Source: Candidatus Bathyarchaeota archaeon (GTDB taxonomy: Archaea; Thermoproteota; Bathyarchaeia; 40CM-2-53-6). Taken from it: a DNA stretch of 64,000 nucleotides. The notes under the pieces were generated by a model that searched no databases, was not told the DNA's origin, and was given only the letters and a program-made list of their open reading frames with translations. Below, piece by piece: positions 57,782-64,000 of this stretch. How positions within the stretch are numbered: position 1 is the first letter of the stretch; the number at the start of each line of letters is the position of its first letter. Both the position numbers and the translations under genes were made by a program. The stretch covers positions 505,289 to 569,288 of the forward strand of contig CAWIHH010000004.1 in NCBI GenBank assembly GCA_963835925.1, given 5' to 3'.

Positions 57782-58563
57782 TTAGGCTGAGAAGATCGAG
57801 TTGGTCCTTCGAGTGACTGTCCAGAGTTCGGAACAGTTTTAGTTAATTGATGCCCAGAGGATTATAGGAGCCAACAAGTAGTCAAATCCCAACATGCGGA
57901 GTGGCCAGTATGCCTTCATTGCAGCGCGAATAATCTTCTGCTTGAACAATCCTAGATGGGTCTTTCTACGTATTGATGGAAACATGTGCGCCATGATTCT
58001 CTGCTCGTAGGATCCCTTGGCTCTGACGCTCATAAGCGGTGTTCAAGAGATCGCACTATTTCGAGAAACAGATTATGTCGAAAACAGAATATTCACAAAC
58101 TCGACACATGCACTCAACACATGCAGAATAATAGAAACACCGCTCGAAGAAAGGAACACTTCACCTAGGGCACCATCCAGCTGGATCGGCGCGGATATGC
58201 GTTTGATGACCAAGTCGGAACCATGAACGCAGCTGAATGTGTCGGAATTTGTAACGCGAACTTATATCGAATCAACCACAAGTCGAGCGAATGTTCGACT
58301 CAATCAAACGGTTCATTGTGGGCTTGAAAGTGCCTTTCCTCGTATCAATAATCACCAGCGCCATATCGATAATGGCAATCTATTTTCTCCACCCCTAGAT
58401 GCGAGGTAAAATGTCATCCGCAGGGCTAGCCGAACGAATGACACATGATAGTGTTTGTCTGTTCACGTGTCAGGTCAACGTCATTAATTGTCGTCTTTCT
58501 CTCTCGTGAATTCTTCGCCTTCCGGTTTCAGTAGCGTCTATGTCGTTCGAGTGGGACACGTAT

Positions 58564-58833
58564 TCAACTTGCCCGATAACGCCACCAGAACCCTACATTA
58601 AGGAACATTGCCAGCAACTCAATCGCTGTAACTAACACTGCAAACGCCCAAGTCACTGCTTTGGGATTATTGATTAGGTGGTAAAACACAACTGCATTTG
58701 TAAGTAGAACGACCAATAGCGTCCTTGCCATCAAGTGGCTGTATCCATACTTTCTCAATATTGCTCCCACCTCCCAAAGTACAGTCCAAACCTGTAGGAA
58801 CGATTTCAGCTGGCTAAACGAGCCGACACCCAA
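58564..58833 (-). CDS. Small membrane protein
   Basis: Three hydrophobic segments. Confidence 0.35.
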   Translation of the reverse strand: MGVGSFSQLKSFLQVWTVLWEVGAILRKYGYSHLMARTLLVVLLTNAVVFYHLINNPKAVTWAFAVLVTAIELLAMFLNVGFWWRYRAS

Positions 58834-58886
58834 CGCTCTTCAATGAAGATGAAATACGGCAATACTCCAAGAGCTTGACGTCGTAG

Positions 58887-59108
58887 CTACTGTTTTCGTT
58901 TGAAGGGCCAGCATTTTCTTGAGTGCAGGTAATAGAGTTCCAGAATGCCAACTAGGTTCACGAAAATGAATACTATGAACCATGCTTTTTCGCCATTCCT
59001 CGCAGAAAACCAGAGACCGATGATTTTCCAAAAAGTGCTCCATACGGCCACCGGAACTAGCAAGACCAGCAAGAGAGAGTTATCGAAAGGAAACAAAGTT
59101 CTATTCAC
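58887..59108 (-). CDS. Small membrane protein
   Basis: Two hydrophobic segments with WFSARNGEKAWF between them. Confidence 0.4.
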   Translation of the reverse strand: MNRTLFPFDNSLLLVLLVPVAVWSTFWKIIGLWFSARNGEKAWFIVFIFVNLVGILELYYLHSRKCWPFKRKQ

Positions 59109-59165
59109 ATCTCATCGTTGAGAAGTGTGTCGGCCTTTAAAGCGTAATTATCGGAATTCACGTAC

Positions 59166-59190
59166 GTGGGTTTCAACCCCAATCTACCGG
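59166..59190 (+). repeat. Diverged hairpin repeat copy C
   Basis: GTGGGTTTCAACCCCAATCTACCGG matches copy A at about 21 of 28 positions. Confidence 0.45.
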
Positions 59191-59717
59191 CGCGTTGGAG
59201 ACCAGATTTGCAGGTCGATTGGATATGGATCAGTCGTCATTGCCAGTATTCTGAGCGAAGGGCTTTTGAAGTCAATCATCCAGCATCTAATCAGGTGGAA
59301 TGAGTCAGAGCAGGCGTTGAGGTGGGTGCGAGTCCCACCTCCCGGCGCCAAGAGACCAACTGTGACTTTCACAGGACTTTTTGCCCATCAATGTGAGTAT
59401 TAATGACGTTCTAAGTGGTATTTCTGTGGCAGTAGACGTCATGCATGACTGCTTCCACTTGTTATTGCCCTTGACACTGCCACCGCTAGCCTACTGGATT
59501 GATCGTATTCCGTCTGGTCCGTTGTCCCATCTTCTGCCGCACTCCTCACAGGCGTAACTGAGGATAGTAACATAGTTGGCTCCCTTCCACATCTCGGTTC
59601 TGGCGGTACAGGGCATCCACTCATGGCAATATGGACAATCCAGCTAAGCCACCTGCGTTGCGAAGATTAGTCCGAAGTCACAGACAGGTTTGTTTTCTGA
59701 ATCTAGGTCGTGGCTGA

Positions 59718-59930
59718 TTATCCGCTTTTTGTGGATTGATCCATATCGTTTGTTCGTCGAACGAGCATGATGCGGAGGGGATTCAGCCGATCGTGCAGTA
59801 TCTCAACCTTGTCACCGGATCTGAGACCGAGAGTTCTCATCATAGCCTCGCCAAGAGCTTCTGAGTCAAAATCCTGAGACATTCTTGGATCACGAGACCA
59901 GACAACCAACACTGCGGTAATAACCGCCAT
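59718..59930 (-). CDS. Possible AbrB/SpoVT-like small DNA-binding protein
   Basis: LGLRSGDKVEILHD resembles the swapped-hairpin motif. Weak. Confidence 0.25.
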   Translation of the reverse strand: MAVITAVLVVWSRDPRMSQDFDSEALGEAMMRTLGLRSGDKVEILHDRLNPLRIMLVRRTNDMDQSTKSG

Positions 59931-59985
59931 CGACCATTGCAGGAGGTGGGGTAACTGAAAGTATTCTCTGCTGCGAGAATCAAAC

Positions 59986-60285
59986 TCAAGCCACCTGTGG
60001 TGCGTTAGGACGGGTTTGCTTGGGAAGTGGAGCGATTGATGATGACTTCGACTTGGTCGCCCTCGACACTGACTTTGAAGGCTTCTTCCGTCTTCGGGGA
60101 TGGCTGTCTCGGTACGCTTTCTCTCGCCATCTGATGAGCCCTTTGCCGTAGGAGTCTTCTGGATCTCGGGACCAGTTGTATGGAATGCTGCTCAACGCCC
60201 AAGCGTCAGAAATCAGTTCAAGTGGACTGAGCAGGAAATCTCGAATGTGCCTGAGAGACTCGTGGATATTCAATTTGGTTTTCAC
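59986..60285 (-). CDS. Hypothetical protein with a basic tail
   Basis: ORF only. Confidence 0.3.
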   Translation of the reverse strand: MKTKLNIHESLRHIRDFLLSPLELISDAWALSSIPYNWSRDPEDSYGKGLIRWREKAYRDSHPRRRKKPSKSVSRATKSKSSSIAPLPKQTRPNAPQVA

Positions 60286-60413
60286 CTCAAAAGAATAGGG
60301 TCAGGTAATGTGAATAGACGAGACAAAGCGTTTTTTGTTTCTATCTTGAATGGCCAATGAACTTGAGGGCCGTTTCTCGCGGGACAGCGTAGAATTCAAA
60401 ATATTCCAATAGC

Positions 60414-60884
60414 TCACGTATTGACAGAATTCTCTCCCTGAGTTATCAGTTCACGAATTTCTGGAGTCTCAAGTCCCCATGCCGCGAGCCTAATTCGAAC
60501 GATGTCTTCATCAATACTGAGATAGTCTGGGACGTAGTCTTCTTCAGTCCATGTGAGTACGTGAGCAAGTTCATGTGCCAACGCATAGGTTCTGAAGCCC
60601 TTGTCTGCTTTCATAAAGGGCGGAAATAATTCGATTAAGTAATTGTTATCCCCGACTCGGCTTGGCCGTGCGCTTCTTTTTCGGCTGCGGCCTACCTTCA
60701 CGACGATATTCACCTCACGGAGCACCTTCCTATCGTATTCGTGCATTCGCGGCAAGATTTCTGTAATCGCGCCGTTTACATCGGTTCCAAGCTTACCGCG
60801 TACTGCAATTCTAAGCTGCGGCAAATCGACATCTTTGTTCTGAACGAAATCGACCAAAGCGCTTTTCGTACGCTTACCATCCAT
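60414..60884 (-). CDS. Putative Zn-metalloprotease (HExxH)
   Basis: YALAHELAHVL motif. I cannot assign a family. Confidence 0.45.
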   Translation of the reverse strand: MDGKRTKSALVDFVQNKDVDLPQLRIAVRGKLGTDVNGAITEILPRMHEYDRKVLREVNIVVKVGRSRKRSARPSRVGDNNYLIELFPPFMKADKGFRTYALAHELAHVLTWTEEDYVPDYLSIDEDIVRIRLAAWGLETPEIRELITQGENSVNT

Positions 60885-61120
60885 ATGGCTTTCACTTCCC
60901 TACCTGCCATGGTACGTAATGTGAATTTTCAAGTAGAATGCAAGAATTCCTGAATAAGAATCAGTCAAAGGGCACCGGATTTAGAGTTCCAACTCCGTTT
61001 CAATCTCGGCAACGTGAAGGCCTTCAACCCTCGACTTTGATGACGCTCTTCAGCGAGTAATGGCCTTCTTCAGCAAACCCCTAGGAGGGCGGAGCACGCA
61101 TTTGGCGCCTTACTGAACCG

Positions 61121-61197
61121 CAAACGATCAACAAACCGAACCCAAACCCGCCAACAAACCCAGAACAAACCGCCCCGCATCCCGTCCGCAAACCGCC
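61121..61197. repeat. Iteron array L: about seven CAAAC(C/G)-centred units at 11-12 bp spacing
   Basis: CAAAC occurs at 61121, 61132, 61143, 61155, 61166 and 61189. Confidence 0.75.
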
Positions 61198-61275
61198 ATA
61201 TTCAGCGTAACCTCGAAGCCAAACTCGAATTCCCACCTTGAAGAGAAGAAATCCCATTCCGGGACGGCATTGCGT

Positions 61276-61345
61276 CGCGTTTGCGCCGCTTTTGCGGAAT
61301 GGTTTGGGGTAGGTTTGGGGGCCGTTTGCGGGAGCTTTGCGGCCT
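61276..61345. repeat. Iteron array R: six GTTTG(C/G)GG units at 11-12 bp spacing, inverted relative to array L
   Basis: (G/T/C)TTTG occurs at 61279, 61290, 61302, 61313, 61324 and 61335. Confidence 0.75.
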
Positions 61346-61504
61346 CTTTGTTGCTGAAAAAGTGGAAGATAAGCGGCTTGGCCGGCTGGCGTCGTTCGGC
61401 TAGTGCTGTGGCCGGTCGCACTCGTAGTAGGGACAGCCTTGTACGGTGCACTTGGCGCCTGTGAGGGGCTGCTGCTAGTAGTAGACGACGTTAGGTGTTG
61501 TTAG

Positions 61505-61555
61505 CTGTTGTTTGTTCATGTTTGCTGTCGTTCGGGTTTGTTCTTGTTTGTTAGT
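61505..61555. repeat. Third, looser GTTTG(T/C)T array
   Basis: GTTTG occurs at 61510, 61520, 61536 and 61546. Confidence 0.5.
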
Positions 61556-61920
61556 AATGTTCCGATTCGTTCCTTTCTGTGCTCATTTTCTGGGCTTTGG
61601 TGTGTTGACATGCAGTGATCATTCATGCTTTAACACGATGAAACTGGGATTGCAAGTGGTAAGTGTTCTAGTTTGGGGAGCTTGCATGGTGTTGTGGGTG
61701 GAATAGGGTGTGTTAGGTGAAGGTTTTCTGGAAGATTCAGGCGCATCTTCGAGGAGGAGATCCAATACGAACTTGGGAGTGCGTTGCCCATCCGCCAGTA
61801 ACTGGCTGGTTGACTGTGGACAGGCTGCTCGGCTGCTCTCTTTTGCCGTCTACTTGACTGGGACACTTGGTTGGAGGTGTTTGATGGCGCAGTGTGGTTG
61901 TCATATTGTCCTTGTGTATG

Positions 61921-62733
61921 CTATTCTGTGTAGTTGCAGTTGGCCTCTGTGCATCGCCATCCTAACGCCCCTGGGAAGGCGGCTAAGGGGCCAAATTTCA
62001 GGTCCGTACTGTGTTGGGGGCATTTTCTCCATGAGATTTCTGTTTGGTTCTTGAACTCTTGGAAGTTGTCTTTGGTTAGTCCAGCTTCGATGAAGCCGCT
62101 GAGTAGTGCTCGTCTCTGGTCCTGGTTTAGCTTTTTCGGGTTCTTGAGGAAGGGTAGGATGGATTCTTTGTTTCTTTGTTTTAGTGAGTCGGCTATGTAT
62201 TCTGCGGTGCTTAGTCGTATTCGAGGTACGAGGGCTCCGTGCTTCTTCAGTTCTACGATCACTAGGTCTACGATTGTCTGCTCGATTATTTCGGAGTAGG
62301 GTTGTTCGGTGGGGTCGTTTGACAGCATGTTAGCTATGTGCTGCTGGTGTTGTCGTAGTAGGTGTTTGTCTCGTCCCAGTACTCCAAGAACCCAATAGGC
62401 TGGAGTCAGATATTTCTCAATCTTTTTCCGCTCTTGCATGTCTTTGGCTAACTGCTCGGTGATGCTGAGACGTCGTTTCTGCAGGTCGTGCACGTCGTCT
62501 ATGAGGTGATCACGCTCTGCCTGGATCGCGTTCCTTAGCCCTGCAGCAATGTTGATTTCGTCTATGATCTGGAGCTTTCTTCTTGTCTGAAATGATACTC
62601 CCTCTTCCAATTCATTCTTCCTCTGCAGCAGTGTTACGTTGCTGCTCAGCTGCAATGCGACTTGCGCGGGGTCGCCTCCTCTGGCTTTAACCTCCGCGAG
62701 AACCCTTCTGATCATTTCCACATCCGTGTCCAT
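61921..62733 (-). CDS. Hypothetical helical protein with a C-terminal Cys/His zinc-finger-like tail
   Basis: 270 aa, ending ..WRKCPQHSTDL..WRCTEANCNYTE. Confidence 0.45.
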   Translation of the reverse strand: MDTDVEMIRRVLAEVKARGGDPAQVALQLSSNVTLLQRKNELEEGVSFQTRRKLQIIDEINIAAGLRNAIQAERDHLIDDVHDLQKRRLSITEQLAKDMQERKKIEKYLTPAYWVLGVLGRDKHLLRQHQQHIANMLSNDPTEQPYSEIIEQTIVDLVIVELKKHGALVPRIRLSTAEYIADSLKQRNKESILPFLKNPKKLNQDQRRALLSGFIEAGLTKDNFQEFKNQTEISWRKCPQHSTDLKFGPLAAFPGALGWRCTEANCNYTE

Positions 62734-62771
62734 TCAGATCCCTCCCACTCATGCTAGCATCCTAGTGCTGG

Positions 62772-63899
62772 TCAAGTTTTGATCCCTGCTTGACGCAGCT
62801 CAATTCGGAACAACTTCGTATCCTCGATATCTTGCAACGTCATCTCTTCCTCTGCAAGCTTCTTCTCGACCCGCTTGTTCGATTCTTCAATTCTTGCATT
62901 TGCGTCTGCTTCGGCGCGTTGGACCAGATCCTTGGATGCTTGAATTCGAGCGGCCGCTTCCGCCTCAGCTACGCGTGCTCGTCGTTCCGCCTCCTCCTCG
63001 TCCCTTTCGGCCTGCGCACGTTTGCTTTCTAAGTCGATGATCGTTTTGTTGAGGCCGTCAGCTTTCTCTGCGCGGCTCTGGAGTTCGTCGCCCAGATTTT
63101 GAACCATGGTTGACAGAGTTGGCGTGTTCAGAATTAGGCCCGCCACAAAACGAGGGTCATAGCCGAGTTTCAGCATTTCTTCAAAGAAGGCTCGTGCTTT
63201 GCCGACGTTTGACAAATCGACTCCAACAACGCCATGCATGTAGTTGCGGTCAAGTTCGTAGCGTCTGAGCGCCTCATCCGTCTGCCCTGCCTTCGCTAGC
63301 CGGTCTTCGATGGCATCGAGCTGTAGCTGTTTGCTTTGGATCGTTTGATTGAGTTGGAGTTCCTGGCTCTTCAAAGGAGCGATTCGACTTTGCAATTCCG
63401 TTTCTTCTACTCGGCGCCTCTGCACCTCCACCGTCAAGTTGTTGTACGTTGCTTCAATGCTCTCAATGCCTAATCCGCTCTCCTTCTCGCGCCGGTAAAT
63501 CCTCGCAATCGCATCGGCGTATTCTTCAACTGGAAATTCGGGAGTTTTCAGTTTGACTGCAGCATCCACAATATCCCAGATCTTCTCCGGGTCCAGCTTC
63601 AAGCCCTTGAATTTGCCCGCTAGTGGCAGGGCCCGAAAGCAATCAGTCGGAGTGATGCCAGTCTTCTTCATGGCTTTCGCAAGTTTGGCCAGTTCGACCG
63701 CATCCAGCAGATCGTCCTTCTCGAGCGTCTGCGAGAGCCCGTCCGCCTGGGTCTTCGCCACAAACCCCTGCCAGATGGTATTCACGGTGGGAAGCGAAAT
63801 GTGCTCTTTCTCCGCGGTCTCCCTCTGGGTTAACCCCTCGTACAAAATGTCGACGATCACACGTCGCCTGGCCACTTCAGATATCTCGTTGCCAGTCAT
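62772..63899 (-). CDS. N-terminal HTH plus long coiled-coil protein
   Basis: 375 aa with EGLTQRETAEKEHISLPTVNTIW (HTH-like). The C-terminal third is E/A/R-rich heptad-like sequence. Confidence 0.5.
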   Translation of the reverse strand: MTGNEISEVARRRVIVDILYEGLTQRETAEKEHISLPTVNTIWQGFVAKTQADGLSQTLEKDDLLDAVELAKLAKAMKKTGITPTDCFRALPLAGKFKGLKLDPEKIWDIVDAAVKLKTPEFPVEEYADAIARIYRREKESGLGIESIEATYNNLTVEVQRRRVEETELQSRIAPLKSQELQLNQTIQSKQLQLDAIEDRLAKAGQTDEALRRYELDRNYMHGVVGVDLSNVGKARAFFEEMLKLGYDPRFVAGLILNTPTLSTMVQNLGDELQSRAEKADGLNKTIIDLESKRAQAERDEEEAERRARVAEAEAAARIQASKDLVQRAEADANARIEESNKRVEKKLAEEEMTLQDIEDTKLFRIELRQAGIKT

Positions 63900-64000
63900 C
63901 GTGTCTCATCCTGCCTCAGTTGTTTCTCTTCCCGACTGATCAGAAACAGCCATACCCGTATCTTTACCACGAATTCCGAAGCTTGAAGCTCGTCCCCTTC

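Noticed and set aside
59318-59358. A tRNA 3' half (GGTGGGTGCGAGTCCCACCTCCCGGCGCCA, ending in CCA), which would be a possible att remnant.
   Set aside because: The T-loop would be TGCGAGT, which is not T-T-C-R-A. No complementary 5' acceptor strand lies within 150 nt. The segment folds equally well as a simple GGCG..CGCC hairpin. At most it is a degraded fragment.
61128-61451. A 107-aa GTG-start ORF spanning the iteron arrays.
   Set aside because: Its sequence (..AKLPQTAPKPTPNH.. and ..GLLAGLGSVC) is simply the translated 11-bp repeats. A non-coding interpretation is favoured.
42063-64000. A CRISPR array associated with the cas1 gene.
   Set aside because: No regularly spaced repeats occur anywhere in the window. 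The hairpin repeat copies are 0.4-4.8 kb apart and only two are near-identical.

Overview
The window looks archaeal, at roughly 50% GC. Supporting signs are many TTG/GTG starts, TATA-like promoter boxes, oligo-T tracts after operons, Lrp/AsnC regulators and an archaeal-style tyrosine integrase. Bases 1-42062 form a dense, almost entirely minus-strand respiratory island. It holds eight paralogous molybdopterin-oxidoreductase (CISM / DMSO-reductase family) gene sets: A1 (partial), A2B2C2, A3B3C3, A4B4, A5B5, A6B6, A7B7C7 and A8B8. The island also carries a Rieske/cytochrome b module, two TorD-type maturation chaperones, a YkgJ-type Cys-cluster protein, a B12-radical-SAM/AMMECR1 pair and an aminotransferase. 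Two enzyme lineages are visible. One is Psr/Phs-like, with an N-terminal Cys cluster, a four-cluster ferredoxin and an NrfD anchor. The other is pyrogallol-transhydroxylase-like (AthL/BthL-like), with no N-terminal cluster, a three-cluster ferredoxin and no anchor. Five of the eight catalytic genes, one ferredoxin gene and a large PAS histidine kinase each carry a single frame-breaking indel. I cannot tell real decay from assembly error. Bases 42063-64000 are accessory and mosaic. This part holds an intact stand-alone Cas1 with a C-terminal HTH (casposase-like) but no cas2, CRISPR array or PolB, flanked by mobile-element gene stubs. It also holds a multi-PAS/GAF kinase with a receiver/degenerate-KaiC-like regulator, an integrase abutting a truncated CBS gene, housekeeping-type cargo (MscL, VIT1, Lrp-like) and a dispersed hairpin repeat. 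Near the right end, phased 11-bp iteron arrays lie next to two uncharacterised genes, suggesting an integrated replicon. I could not support any rRNA gene, tRNA gene or CRISPR array.
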